Source: the human T2T-CHM13v2.0 reference genome, Homo sapiens. Taken from it: a stretch of 64,000 nucleotides of DNA. Made by a program: the position numbers and the translations under genes. Positions 1 to 18,455 of the stretch are shown piece after piece. The notes beneath the pieces are model-generated. The model saw nothing but the letters and a program-made list of their open reading frames with translations. It ran no database searches and was not told the origin of the DNA. Position 1 is the first letter of the stretch; each line of letters opens with the position of its first letter. Where the stretch lies: NCBI RefSeq assembly GCF_009914755.1, contig NC_060933.1; one strand, given 5' to 3'.

Positions 1-628
1 ACATATTTGGCTGCACTTGTTATTTAGGAAAGTCTGTGACTCAGAAATGAGATGGTCTGGAGGGAGACTTTAGAAACAATAGCAAGACACGAAAGTTCTC
101 TCGAAACCTTGGATCCCATTTTTCATAATAAACAGAATTATGTCTTTTTTGATTAGCTTGTGAAAATTATCTGAGAATAATTTATGAGAAGTTCCCACTG
201 CTATAATATACTGAGTTCAATAAATTATTCATATTTTATTTTCATTAATTAAAATAAACCCAAATCCTATTAAGAACTTTTTCAAAGACTGATAACCATG
301 ACTACAAAATGCTTTGTTGTCACATTTCTTTTCATGCCATAAATTAAATAGACTCTTCTTTGTCTCTAAAGGCTTTTTAAACATATTATGTTTCCCAGGA
401 AAGGCTGCAGTTAAATGTTGGCATTTTGTCCTTATGTTCCTATAGTTTCCTGTTGTAGCAGTGTAGAATGAAGTTATGCCAGAATAATTTCCACATAAAT
501 ATTGAATAAAGTGGACTTTTCATGGTTCAAAGAGTTTTGTGCCAATATGTTTCTTTTCTTAAGCGTTCAATGTAAATTTATGAAATTTTAATATTCTCTC
601 ATAAACACCTAAGTGTAGTTGCCATTAA

Positions 629-1255
<627 letters not shown>

Positions 1256-1452
1256 CAAATAAATTTTAAAGCCCTACATTCTTGGGCAAATTTTACCCTT
1301 AAACAAAAATTCAGCCAATTGTACTAATCCAATAAAGAGCCATTTTAGGGAGCCTAAAGTTTTTTTATGAAAGCTCTAGTTGAATCACATATCAAAGTAC
1401 TGGTCTATTAGGTTTCTTTTTTTCAGATATAAGTTAATTTTGATGTATTTTA

Positions 1453-1779
<327 letters not shown>

Positions 1780-1789
1780 GTCACCATTT

Positions 1790-2710
<921 letters not shown>

Positions 2711-3919
2711 CAATAATCACCCTTTAAACCTATCTTTCAACATTTAAAGTTTGCAAAGGCAAAGTTTTATTCACCTATGGAACATGGTTTACTAACTGAG
2801 CAACTCTGGGCAAGTACTCTCTTGGCCTCTTAAGTGGGGATAATAACAGGGCATGCCTCCAAATCTTCCTGTGAACATTAAGTGAATGGATACGTACTGG
2901 ACACTCAGAAAAATGCTTGGGTTGTAGTGATATTTAAGTGCCATTATAATGGCAGCATTGTACGAACAGAAATTAAAAACTTCAAAGTACATGTGAAAAA
3001 ATATTTTTAAAAAATCTAATCATTGTATGATATAACTAGAAATTTTATTTAAGTACTTAAAGTAAGAATATTTCTACTTAAAATTCTAGATGCAGTGAAA
3101 AAAACATTAAAAAATGAAAATAAAGACATTTTTCAGACTTAGAAAACCTGAAATAATTCATCTCCAACATAGCCACTTTACAATAAATGTTAAAGAAAGT
3201 TTTTAGGCAGAAGAAAATTGAAAAACTGATACTAGATGGAAATATAAATGCATACAAAGGACTGTGGGACACTGGACATGGTAACTACATGAATAAAACT
3301 CTGGAATGTTTTTCTTATTATTTAAGTATTTTTAAAATATAATTGTTTAAGTAACAGTAATAACAATATAGCATGAGGTTTATAACACATGTAGAAGTCA
3401 AATTTATGGCAGTGATGGCACAATGCCTATGAGGAGAAAAATGGAAGTATGCTATTCAAAAATTTTATATGTGAAGTAATATACTATAACTTGAATATAC
3501 ACTGTGAAAAGTTAAAAATATATGCTACATACCCTAAACCAACCACTAAAATATGCCAACAAAGAGTAAAGGCTGATAAGCCAATCAAAGAGATAAGATG
3601 AAATTCTTAAAGAAATTCTCAATTATCCTTTAAAAAGGGCTAAAAAAGAGAAAAAGTAACAAAGCACAGAGGGAACAAATGAAAAACCATTTTAAGAAAA
3701 TAAACTTAAATCTAACCATATTAATAATCACATTAGTATCAATTGCCCAAAAACTCTAACATTGACAGATTAGATTCAAAGAAAGCAAAAGCTAACAGTA
3801 TTCTGCCTCCAAAAAAACATACTTTAAATGGAAAAACACAAGTAAAAAGACGAAAAAATATATAATAAACACTACCTCAAAGAAATCTGGAGTGACTATA
3901 GTAGTATCACACAAAGTAA

Positions 3920-4465
<546 letters not shown>

Positions 4466-5960
4466 TAAGAGTGTAAAAGATTTGACCAACATTACCACTT
4501 GACCTAATTGACATGTATAGAAAATTTCAAATACCAACTGTCAGATACACATTTTTTTTAAATGTACACAGAATATTTACCTAGAAAAAAACATATGCTG
4601 GGGCATAAAATTAATCTCAGTGATGTCAGAAAAATGGCAGACTAGAAAACTTTAGAACTTTGTCCCCCATGGAAACATTAAAGAAAAAACTACAAATTGG
4701 TTAAACTGACATTTAGGAACTATGGAAAACAGCTCAAGGTTTACAGAAAACACATGAACATCCAAACAAAACGGAGCCACATCCAAAGCAGTAGAAAATT
4801 GTGTGGCATTTTTACTTGGCTTTGCCACATCCCATCCCTGGAACTGCACAGAATGGTCTTAGGAAAGTGATAGCTGAGCTTCCAATTCCTTCCCTGGAAC
4901 TGGAAGGGTAAACCAGACTTTATTTGAAATGTTCTAACCTGTCTGGGAGCTCCATGTTGGATTAGTCTCTGTTGTTTCTAACTCATAGGTCAGACAGCAA
5001 AGATCAGAACAGCTCATATCTCAGGCTATGAAAACCAATGAGAGACAACAGACATAGCTCGTGAATGCTGCTGTGAGATGCAGGATAGACCTGCAAATGC
5101 CTGGAGCATGAGATTACAGATAGAGGAATAAAATAGAATATTCTTGACTCTGAGAAGAAGCAGGGCTATGACCCCTAGGGAAATTAAGACATTTTCTAAA
5201 AGGCTGTATACACAAGGAAAAAATAAATAAAAGCACACACAGGCCCAGAGAAAATGAAGTCTGATAAAAGACCACAGAAGATGAAAGCCTTCAGACCAGG
5301 CTGATCTAAGTCAAAGAACATGCCCTTCTAATTATTGAAGAGCTTTTCCTACACAGACTCAGTCTGCAAACATTGGGAGAGGAAATGCCTTTTTTTCTAA
5401 ATGCCCCATTTTCCACAATAACAATAACAATAACAATAACAAATTACAAGGTGTTCAAAGAGACAAGAAAGCCATGGCCCAATCAAAGAAGAAAATACAG
5501 CTGCAGAAACTGTCCCTGAAGAAACATTGACATTTGAAATACTAGACAAAGACTTTTAAACAACTATCTTATGCTCAGGGAGCTAAAGAAAAACATAGAC
5601 AAATAACTAAAAAGTGAAGAAAATAATATATGAACAAAAGGAGAATATCAACAAAGAGACAGAAATTATTTTAAAAGAACCAACAAGAAATTCTGGAGAT
5701 GAAAAATACGGTAAGTGAATTGAAAAATTTATGAGACAGCTTTAACAGAAGACTTTAGCAGGCAGTGGAAAGAAGCTGCAAACAAAAAGAAAGATTATTT
5801 AAAAGTAGTGAGTCTAAGGACCAAAAAGGAAAAAAAAAAAAAAAGAAGTGAATAGAGTCTAAGGTATTTAAGAGTCACCATTGAGTAGTCCAATTATTCA
5901 TTACAGAAGTTCCAGAAACAGAAGAGAGAAAGGAGGCAGTGATTTATATGACAACATAAG

Positions 5961-6465
5961 TGTCAGAGGCGTTCAAACCAGAGCGACTCCATTTTGAGTG
6001 AGGGCTAGGAAAATGAGGCAGAGACTTGCTGGACTGCATTCTCAGAAAATTAGGCATTTTCCTAGCTTCTAGATGTTTATGAATCAGTGAACAAATTAAT
6101 GATGCTTACTAAAACAGACCCAGACTTGGGAGTGTCCAGATATCTCAATATCTGGAGAATAAGGGCATTCCTAATTTTGCATTAAAGATAATAATATTGA
6201 TTCTTGCAAAATATGGTAATTAAGAAAATTAATCCTTTATCAAAAACTCTTGTAGGAGAGCACATCTCCCCATATATGCAACCATCGTACCTAGGATGGA
6301 TGTGTTCTTCCTCTCACTTTCAGGAATGTCCTACTCTGTCTATGGAGTAGCTGTTCTTTCACCACTTGCTTTTACTTTGCACTGTGGACTCGCCCTGAAT
6401 TCTTTATCGTGTAAGCTCTAAGAACCCTCTCTTGGGGTCTGTATCGGGACTCCTTTCTGGTAACA
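5961..6465 (+). mobile_element. Solo LTR, MER41 family (ERV1)
   Basis: tgtcagaggcgttcaaaccagagcgactccat...tttctggtaaca termini; 4-bp TSD taag (5957-5960, 6466-6469). Confidence 0.88.
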
Positions 6466-6863
6466 TAAGGATCAAAAATTTCCCAAATTTTTAAGACATG
6501 TATATGCAAATCCAAGAATCTCAATGAACTCCAAGTATGATAAAACAAAAGGAGTGTAGGCAGAGGAACAAAATTGTCAACTGGAAATTTTATAATTAGC
6601 AAAACTGTCCTTCAAACATGAGAGGAAAACCTTCTGGTTCTAAACCAGTATGTAAGGAGCTTGATAGTCATACTTTATCCTAACAACTAGTAAAAAGTTG
6701 AACAAACAAAAAACTCAACACCTCTTCTCAGATCTGTCATGGAAATGAGATCAGAGAGCAAACCAAGGACCCCCAAATTGGAGAGACAGACAGGCAGATA
6801 CATAGAAGCAAAACTTAACTCATGCAGAAATGATGAGCAGAAATCTCCATAAGACCCAGTGCT

Positions 6864-7183
6864 GGGTTGGGCATAGTGGCTCACGCCTGTAATCCCAGCA
6901 CTTTGGGAGGCCGAGGTGGGCAGATCACCTGAGGTCAGGAGTTCAAGACCAGCCTGGCCAACACGGTGAAACCCCATCTCTACTAAAAATACCAAAATTA
7001 GCTGGGCATGTTGGCAGGAACCTGTAATCCCAGCTATTCAAGAGGCTGAGGCAGGAGAATTGCTTAAAGCCGGGAGGTGGAGATTGCAGTGAGGCAAGAT
7101 CATGTCATTGTACTCCAGCTTGTGCAACAGAGCAAAACTCCACCAAAGAAAAAACAAAAAACAAAAAAACACACACAAAAAAA
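6864..7183 (+). mobile_element. AluS
   Basis: Alu consensus; flanks share ccagtgctg. Confidence 0.9.
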
Positions 7184-9462
7184 TCACCAGTGCTGAAGTA
7201 GAAAAACCTGAAACTGTAATTAACAAATTGCTGGAGCTCAATGTGAACAACTCTGAAAGTTAAAAACTTCAAGTGGGTACACTCATTGAAGGTCTCCATA
7301 CTATTGTGAATTATGCCTCCAGAAACTCTACTAGGTTCTCAGTGAATGTTGGAAAAAATGTCCTCATGCTTCTGGCAGGAGGAAGGGGAAAGGAACCATT
7401 TGGAAACATGCTGGAGTATTCAGTTCTTTTTCACAAGACCTGCACCAGGAGAAACTATTTTACTAGGGCCTAATCTGCTGGGGTTTTATCAGAGCCTACT
7501 ATATGTGACAGAAGGAAAATACTCAACTGGCTGTAGCCTTCCACATGCACAAAAGGGAATAAATAACTCCATCTCCTTCTGGCCTTTCATGTGGGGGAAG
7601 AGAAACACTCAACTACAATCCCTTTTAGATTTCCACATGGAAAAAGGGAAATATACAACTTCATCCTCCCTTCAGCCATTATGTCTCATCTAAAGTCGGG
7701 GAGGAACTGAGAAGCACTGATGAAGTTCACAGTCAAGGGGCACAGTCTCACCAAAAGACTGAGCCCTAATCATAGGACTATAGAATGCTCCCCTTCCCCT
7801 TACACTCTATCACTACATTACTAAAGGCCTATTTACTATAGCTGCTTTTACTTAGTACATTGTGTTCACTTTTCAACAAAAAAAATTCCAAGATAGACTG
7901 AAATGCAAAGAAAAAAACAGTTTCAAAAGTATGAACAAGCATCATAAGCAGAGTCAAGTATGGCAGGAATGTTGGAATTATCAAAGCAGATATTTTAAAT
8001 AATTGTGATTAATGTGCTAAGGACTCTAGTAAACAGACAACATGCAAGAACAGATGAATTATGTAAACAGAGAGATGGGGATACAAAGAAAAAAATCAAA
8101 AAAGAAGTGCTGGAGATCAAAGACATTGTAATAGACATAAAGAAGGGCTTTGATGGGCTCATTAATAGACTGGACATAGCCAAAAAAGAATCTTTGAGTT
8201 TGATGATATGAAAATAGAAATTTCCAAAACTAAAGAGCAAGGAAAAAAATTACTCAGTAAAAACAGAATAGAATATCAAAGAACTGTAACAAAACTACAA
8301 AAGGAGTTAATACATATATTGGGAATTTTAAAAGGACAGGAAAGAGAGAAAAAAATGGAAGCAATATTTGAAACAATAATGACTGAAAATTCCTTCCAAA
8401 CTAGTGTCAGACACCAAACCAGAGATCAAGAAAGCTCAGAGTACACCAAACAGGATACATGAAAAGAAAAATTACACCTAGGCATTTCATATTCAACTTC
8501 AGAAAATCAAAAATAAGAAAAAAAAAGTCTTGAAAGAAGCCAGAGAGGAAAAATACCTTACATATAAAGGAGCAAAAATAAGAATTACTTCTTAAATTTT
8601 CTTAGAAACCATGCAAGCAAGAAGAGTGAGGTTGAGAGAAAAACCACCAGCCTAGATTTCTGCACCCTGTACAATTATCCTTCAAAAGTAATAAGAACTA
8701 AAGTTCTTCTCAGACAAACAAAACCTGAAGGCATTGTTACTGGTAGACCTACCTTGCAAGAAATGTTAACGGAAGTTCAGAAAGAAAATGATGTAGGTCA
8801 GACACTCCAATCTACATAAATAAAAGAAGAGAGTCAATGAATTAATAAGTAAAAGTAAAGTAAAACATTCTTTTTTTGTTCTTAATTGATCAAAGACATA
8901 ATAGTTTGTTCAAAATAATAACAGCAACAATATATGGTTATGTATGCATATATATATGCTTTTGTATACTTTTGTAGACATGAAGTGAGAGATAGCAATG
9001 ATAAAAGGGAAAGGAAGGAAGAATTAGGAATATTGTGTTATTAATATATCTTCTACCTGTGAAGTGGTATAGTGTCATTTGAAAGTGTACTTGGATTAGT
9101 TGTAAAAATATACTGCGAACTCTAGGACTAATGTTTTAAAACTTTAAAAAAGTATAATTGATATGCTAAGGGAGGAGAGAAAATGAAATTATATAAAGTG
9201 CTCAATTAAAACACAAAAAGTAGAAAACTATGCGCGACAAAAATAACTAAGAGCAAGGACGGCAAAGAAAAATCATTAACACAGATGGTACATATTAATT
9301 GCTATATCAATAATCATCTTAACTGTCAATGGTCTAAAACACACCAATTAAAATACAGAGACTGTCATAGTAAATCAAAAAACAAGACCCAGCTGTCTAC
9401 AAGAAGCTCATTTTAAATTTGAAGACTCATAGAGATAAAAATTAAGGGGATGGAAAAGATAC

Positions 9463-10034
9463 TGAGGTAAATTATAAAGGGTGGTCATAGCCTCCCTTAA
9501 AGGAGAACAAACTTGCTAAATAGATGGAGAGAATAAACTACCCGACAGTGCACAAACCACATCATGGGCTCAGGATTAGAACATCCTGCAGCAAGGAGGT
9601 AGAAAAATAGAAGGGAGAATTCCCAAATTCACACAAGCACAGAAACCCATGATTAGTGTCCTTGGACTGACCTATATTCACTATAATAGTAAAAGAAAAA
9701 CACCCCTGGGTGGAGATTTAAGATGCTAATGATACATGCAATGTTAAGTCCTAGCATGTACAACCACAGCACCTGTGCAGCCAGGGGACTACCCATAACA
9801 TACTCATCAGAACACCCCTTCCCACCCCTCCATGAATAATCATGTAAATCTCCCATAAAGGGCGATCCCCCTGCATCAGACAGGGCTGTCTCACCTTTGA
9901 GCAGCCTGCTCTGATCAGCTGTCAGAGTGTACTTTTGCTTTGCAATAAACTCTTTTACTTACTGTTACTTTGGACTCGTTCTCAAAGTTTTTTGTGCAGC
10001 AAAGTCAAGAACCTGAAACAGCCCACTGGCAACA
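9463..10034 (+). mobile_element. Solo ERV LTR (LTR47/MER72-like) inserted in L1 ORF2
   Basis: TG...CA termini, AATAAA near 9945, flanks atac/atag, L1 sequence resumes afterwards. Family name tentative. Confidence 0.75.
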
Positions 10035-11857
10035 ATAGCATGCTAACAGTAATCCAAAGAAAGCAGGAGTAGCTCTATTAATGACACATCCCACTTCAGA
10101 ACAAGAAGAATTATCAGAAATAAAGAGAGTAATTACATAATAAAAATGCGGTCAGTTCTCCAAGAAGACATAACAATCCTTAGTGTTTACACACCTAAAA
10201 ACAGAGCATCACTATATGTTAGGCAAAAACTAATAGAACTTCAAGGAAAAATAGATGAATTTACTACTGTACTTTGAGACTTTAACATCTCTCTACTAGT
10301 AATTAGCAGATTAAGCAGGCAAAAAATTAGGGAAGACATATTATAATTCAAGTCAGCAGTGACATTAATCCAATTGACATGTGTAGAATAATTCACCCAA
10401 CAGCAGAATACACATGCTTCTGAAGCTCCCATGGAATGTTCACAAAGACACATCACTATCTAGGCCATTAAAAAGCAACTTATTTAAAAGCATGTAAGTC
10501 ATGCAAATTATGCTCTATGACTACAGTGAAATTAAGCTAGAAATCAAATTCAGCAAGATGACTGGAAAACATTAAAATACATGAAGGCGTAACATCACAC
10601 TTCTAAATAAAAAATGGATCAAGGAAGTCTCAAGAGGAATTGTAAAATATTTTGAACTAAATGAAAATGAAAATACAACTTTAAATTTGAAGACCCATAG
10701 AGATAAAAATTAAGGGGATGGAAAAGCTACTGCGGTAAGTTATAGAGGGTGGTTATAGCTTTTCATTTTCGCTTACATCTCACGGAAGTGTGTGAAATGC
10801 AGTAAAACAATGCTTAGACCAAAATTATAGCATTGAATGTACATGTTGCATCCCAAGGAGGGTCTAAAATTAATAATCTAACTTTTCACCTTAGGAAGCT
10901 AGTAAAGGAAGAACAAATTAGACTCGAAATAAGGAGAAGAAAAATATAAAAATCAATAAAATTGAAGACAGAAAAATCAATAGAAAAAAATCAACAAATA
11001 AAAATCTGATTCTTTGAAAAGATAAATAAAATTGGTAAATCTCTATCCAGAGTAAGAGAGAAAAAGAATACAAATTATTGATATCAACATTTAAAGAAGA
11101 ACCACCTCTATAGATACTATGGACATTAAAACATTTAAAAAAATAAAGAAATATTATTAACAACTTCATAAGTTTGATAAACGACATAAAATGCAGCACT
11201 TTTTTGAAATATACAATCTACTAAAATTCACACCAGGAGAAAAAGACAATCTGAGTTGTCCTATATCTATCAAAGGAACTGAATCAATAATTAATAAGCT
11301 GATAAAATAGAAAGTACCAAGCCCCAGAGAGTTCTCTGGTAAATTCTAACACTTAAAAGAAAAATTATAACAATTCTCCAGAATCTTTTCCAAAAAATAG
11401 AAGCATACAGAATGCTTCCCTAGTTATTCTATGAGGTCATTATTACCATACACCAAAACCAAAGACATTACAAGAAAGAAAAAACAAAGAGCACTATCTT
11501 TCATTAAGCAAAAATCCTGAACAAAGTATTAGCAAATTGGATCCAATAATGTGTAAAAAGATGATGAAGTGGACCTTATCCTAATTATGAAAGGCTAGTT
11601 CAACAATTGAAAATAAACTGATATATTTCATCACATTAACAAGAAAAAGAAAAAAAACAAGATCACATCACCAGATGCAGAAAAACATTTGACAAAATCC
11701 AACATCCATTAACGATAACTCTCGGCAAATTAGGAATAGAGGGAAACTTCCTCAAAGTGACAATGTCTATAGGAAACCTACAGCTAACATCATATTCCCT
11801 GGTAAGAAGTTAGATGCTTTCCTGGTAAGATGAAAAACAAGGCAAGAATGCCTGCTC

Positions 11858-12350
<493 letters not shown>

Positions 12351-13962
12351 TTATAGTAAGGTTGTAGAATATAATGTTAATGTACAAAAGTCAATTGATT
12401 TCTGATATACCAGCAATGGGCAACTGGAATTTGAAATTAAAAGCATAATACCATTTACTTTAGCATTGAAAAGAGAAATGTTTAGGCATAAGTTGAATAA
12501 AATACGTACCAGGTTTATATAAGAAAACTACAAACTCTGGTGAAAGAAATCAAAGATCTAAATAAATGGAGTATAAATAGAATAAAATATGTACAAAGTT
12601 TATGTGAGAAAAAACTACAAACTGATGAAAGAAATCAAAGAAGATCTAAATAAATGGAGAGATATTCTATGTACATGGATAAGAAGACTCAATATTGTCA
12701 TAATGTCATTTCTTCAAAACTTGATCTGTAGATTTAATGGAACCCCAATCAAAATTCCAGCAAATTATTAAGTGGATATCCACAAACTGGTTCAAAAGTT
12801 TATATGAAATGACAAAAGATCCAGAACAGCCAACATAATATTGAAGGAGAAGAACGAAGTTCGAGGTCTAACGAACTAATTTCTGTATGATTCCAACTAC
12901 ATGGCATTCTGGAAAATGAAAAATTACAGACACAGTAAATAGCTCAGTGATTGCCAGGAGTTTGAGGGAAAGGGGACTAGGGGTAAATTGAACACAAGAG
13001 ATTTTCAGAATAGTAACACTGTTATGTATGACACAGTAATTTTGGATACATGCCATTATATATTTGTCCAAACCCATGGAACGTCAATCACAAAGAGTGA
13101 AGCTTAATATAAACTATGGGCTTTAGTAACTAATGGTGTATCAATACTGGGTCATGGATTCTAACAAATGTGCCACACTCATGTAAGATGCTAAAAATAG
13201 GAGAAACTGCAGGGAGGTATACGGGAACTGTTTTTTTCTTTCATCTTTTTTTCTGTAAACCTAAAACTTAGTAAAAAATGAAGCATCTTATTTTTTAAAA
13301 TTATCTAAATACATTAATAAAAAGTGAGAGATTAGCAAAGTAGATTTCAAAATATCCTAATCATAAGCTGTTTATAAGAAACCTACTTTACATTTAATAA
13401 AATAGGTAAATTGAAATTAAATGCATGAAAATGACATAATATGCAAATATTAACAAAATAATGCAGGAATTGCTATATTAATATCTGATGGAGAGACTTC
13501 AGAGTAAGGAAAATTACTAAAGACAAAGAAAGATATTACATATTTTTAAAAGCCAAGCTACTATGAAGACACAATGATCCTAAATGTATATAAACCAACA
13601 GAATTTTAAAATACATGGAGCAAAAGCAGAGAATACTGAAAGAAGAAATAGACAAATCTACAATTATAGTTGGGGATTCCAAACTTCTCACTAGCTGACA
13701 GAATTACTAGTCAGAAAATTAGCATAGATATAGAAAAATATGAACTACACAGTTCACCAACAGGATCCAATTGATATTCATATATAGATTTATCACATAA
13801 AGGAAACTCCAATAAGATTAAAAACTAATTGCTCATCATAAGTAATAGAAGGCAGAAGAAAGTGGAATGACATATTAAAAGTGATTAAAGAAAATAAGAG
13901 ACCAAGAATCTTATATCTAGCAAAACTATATGCTAAGACTAAAGATTAAATAGACATTTTCT

Positions 13963-14368
<406 letters not shown>

Positions 14369-14729
14369 TCAACCCCATATGAGAAAACAAAGAGGCTGGT
14401 AAATTGAATTATGTAGATAATTGTTAGAGTATAATTGGATATTTTGTCTTCTTTCCTTAAATGATTTAAAATGCAATTGCATAAAATGATATGTATATAC
14501 ACAGATTGTTGGATTCGTAACCTATGGAAATGTAATATATTTGACAATAATGGCACAAAGGATATGAGCAGAAGCAAATCTATATTGGACCAACCAAGAG
14601 GTTGACACCAGATGGTTTTTCAGGTGTACAAAAATAAAGAGAACCAGAAATGGCAGATAAGAAGATTAATATCACAAACTTTACAAATGTATACTTGCCC
14701 TCCTTTCTTCCTCAGCTTCTTTAAAAGAT

Positions 14730-15498
14730 GCAAAAGTAAAAAGAACAAAGCTGGAGACATCATGCTACCTGACTTCAAAGTATACTATAAGGCTACAGTG
14801 ACCAAAACAGCATGGTACTGGTACCAAAACAGAGATATAGACCAATGGAACAGAACAGAGGCCTCAGAAATAACACCACACATTTACAACCATCTGATCT
14901 TTGAGAAACTTGACAAAAACAAGCAATGCGGAAAGAATTGCCTATTTAATAAATGGTATTGGGAAAACTGGCTGGCCATACGCAGAAAACTGAAACTGGA
15001 CCCCTTCCTTACACCTTATACAAAATTTAACTCACGATGGATTAAAGACTTAAACATAAGACCTAAAACCATAAAAACCCTAGAAGAAAATCTAGGCAAT
15101 ACCATCCAGGACATAGGCATGGGCAAGGACTTTATGACTAAAACACCAAAAGCAATGGCAACAAAAGCCAAAATAGACGAATGGGATCTGGTTAAACTAA
15201 AGAGCTTCTGCACAGCTAAAGAAACTATCATCAGAGTGAACAGGCAACCTACGGAATGGGAGAAAATTTTTACAATCTGTCCATCTGACAAAAGGCGAAT
15301 ATCTAGAATCTACAAAGAACTTAAACAAATTTACAAGAGACAAACAACCCCATCAAAATGTGGGCAAAGGATATGAACAGACACTTCTCAAAAGAGGACA
15401 TTTATGCAGCCAACAAACATATGAAGAAAAGCTCATCATCGCTGGTCATTAGAGAAAGGCAAATCAAAACCACAATGAGATACTATCTCAGACCAGTT
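14730..15498 (+). mobile_element. L1PA ORF2 internal fragment (source of ORF 14612..15376)
   Basis: [38 protein letters not shown] is L1 ORF2p; truncated on both sides and frameshifted. Confidence 0.92.
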
Positions 15499-15510
15499 AT
15501 GTGATGCTTT

Positions 15511-15845
15511 TTTGTTTGTTTGTTTGTTTTTGTTTGTTTTTGTTTTTTTTTTTTTTGTTTTTTTGAGACGGAGTCTCGCTGTCGCCCAGGCTGGAGTGCA
15601 GTGGCGCGATCTCGGCTCACTGCACACTCCGCCCCCCGGGGTTCACGCCATTCTCCTGCCTCAGCCTCCCGAGTAGCTGGGACTACAGGCGCCCGCCACC
15701 TCGCCCGGCTAATTTTTTTGTATTTTTAGTAGAGACGGGGTTTCACCGTGTTAGCCAGGATGGTCTTGATCTCCTGACCTTATGATCCGCCCGCCTCGGC
15801 CTCCCAAAGTGCTGGGATTACAGGCGTGAGCCACAGCGCCCGGCC
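15511..15845 (-). mobile_element. AluY (Ye-like)
   Basis: 2-nt deletion (ctcgctgtcgcc), ccgccccccgggg variant, TSD atgtgatgctttt. Confidence 0.85.
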
Positions 15846-15859
15846 ATGTGATGCTTTTA

Positions 15860-16027
15860 TAAAGCATGCTTTCTTGCGTGCCGCTATGATTGTAAGATGT
15901 GACTTTGCTCCTCCTTGCCTTACACCGTGATTGTGAGGCCTCCCTAGCCAGGTCAAACCTCTTTCGTTTATAAATTACCCAGTCGCAAGTATGTCTTTAT
16001 TAGCACTGTGAGAACAGACTGATACAT
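15860..16027 (+). mobile_element. THE1/MST LTR 3' fragment
   Basis: gattgtgaggcctcc...ataaattacccagtc...acagactgataca. Confidence 0.75.
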
Positions 16028-16029
16028 CA

Positions 16030-17380
16030 GAGATAAAGAAGGACATGCTGTAATGTTAAAGAGACAATATATCAAGAAGGTATAAAAATTATAAACCTAT
16101 GTGCACTGAACGAAATTTTTCCAAAATCTACAAAGCAAAAATTAAAGGTAGAATTAAAGGTGAATTAAAGGTAGAATTCAACAATAATAGTTGGAGATGG
16201 TAATCATAGCAGACATCAGTATCTCACTTTCGATAATCAGAAAAGCTAAATAGATGCTAGCAAGAATATGGAGGATTTGAGTAACAGTATAAACTAGCTA
16301 GATGACAGTACAGTACACCCAAAAGCGGAACATTACTCTCAAGTGCACATGGAACAGTTCCTAAAATAGATCACATGCTAGGCCAAAAACCAAACCTCAA
16401 AAAAAGTAGAAAATGATTGTTCTTTGATCAAAGTGGAATTAAATTAGAAATTAAAAACAGAAAGAACTTTGGGAAAAGCAGAACTTATAAAAATTAGCTA
16501 CATACTTCTAAATAACCAATGAGTCAGAGATGAGATCATGATGAAAAATAAGCAGAAGAAAGGATATAATAAACATTGAAATAGAAATTAAAGAAATAGA
16601 AAAAATGGTAGAGCAAATCAACAAAACCAAGAGTTGGGTCTTTAAAAAGATTAACAAAATTAACAAACTTTAGCTACACTTACAGGGAGAAAGAAAGATT
16701 CAACTTACTAAAATTAAGAATGAAAGAGGGACATTACTATTGACCTTATAGAAATAAAAAGAACTATTAAAGGTACTATGAAAAAAGAATGTCAACATAT
16801 TAGATAATGTTGACGAAATATCATTTCTAGAATAATATCTACCAATCATTTAAAGAATTAGTGCCATTCTTCACAAGCTCTTAAAAAAATTTTAATATTT
16901 ATTACAGTATTACTTATAATAGCCAAAAAGTAAAAACAACCCCAATGTTAATTAACTGATGAATGGATAAATACAATATGGTGTATCATATATCATATAT
17001 ATGATATCATGTTATTGACCAACAAAAGGAATGAAGTACTAACACATGCTGCAACCTGGGTGAAAATATTATATTCTTGTAAATATCATGCTGCATAAAA
17101 GAAACCAGAACCAAAGAGTGCATTTTGTATTATTCCGTTTATATAAAATCTCCCAAACAGGCAAGTTTAGACAGTGGTTGCCTAATGATGTAAGGTGGAG
17201 GAGGAATGGGAAGTGACTGCTAATGGGTACTGGGACTCTTTGAGGGTACCAAAAATGTTATAAAATGAAACTTTGGTGATGATTGAACAACTGAATGAAT
17301 ATATTAATATGTATGAAACATTTTAAGTGAGTAAATTACACAAAATTTAAATTATGGCTAAACAAAGCTGTTTTTAAAAA
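16030..17380 (+). mobile_element. Old L1M fragments
   Basis: ORF2-like and L1M 3'UTR-like sequence; boundaries approximate. Confidence 0.65.
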
Positions 17381-18154
17381 GTGTACCAGCAGCAGAAAAT
17401 TAGTTATAAATTAATCAGGATTAAACAGTGCTCATCTTGATTAAGCTTATAATGGATGATGATTATTTTACTTGTTTTATTCTGTAGTAAACAGTTTGAG
17501 ATTCAGTGATTAAACAAAGGACTACCTTTACACTCTACTTATTTTTTAAGTAAAAGAAAAACATTATTAAAAAGTGTATAAACTGGTTCATGTTTATGTT
17601 AACTATCTTACCCTTCCTTCTCTTTTACTTCCAATTACTTTGGTTATGTTTCGGGTTTTATTTGATATTGTCTATGGAACCTGTTAATCATTCTTTAAAG
17701 GAAAGAGGAGGTAGGTAGGGAATAAAGTATGGAGCCATCCAAAAACGAAAAGATCTGGGAAGATGCTGTGCTGATTTAATGTTAAGAAATGTTCAGAAAG
17801 TAAACCCTTGATGTCTTGGTTTTTATTTTAGAAATATTATCTTGTTGACAATATACTAAAGTGCATACAACTGATTTAAAATAAAAATAAGGTATATGAA
17901 AATATGTAAGATGCAGCTGAAGCAGAGGTGAGAGGAAAATTTTTATTACTAAATGTTTATATTAGAAGTGATAAAGTCCTCAACCAACTAAATTCCTACC
18001 TCAAACAACAAACAAAAACAAGAAATAAAAAGAGCAAAATAAGACCAAATCAAGAAGCAGCATATTCTGGTATAACTTTCAAATTATCCTTTAAAAATAG
18101 TCATAAGTTCAGAATCTGGTGTACAAATTCTATATTATGTCTCCTTACCTTTGA

Positions 18155-18455
<301 letters not shown>

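Noticed and set aside
14612-15376. Longest ORF (254 aa) as a host gene
   Set aside because: It is an internal L1 ORF2 fragment with a chance upstream ATG; truncated and frameshifted.
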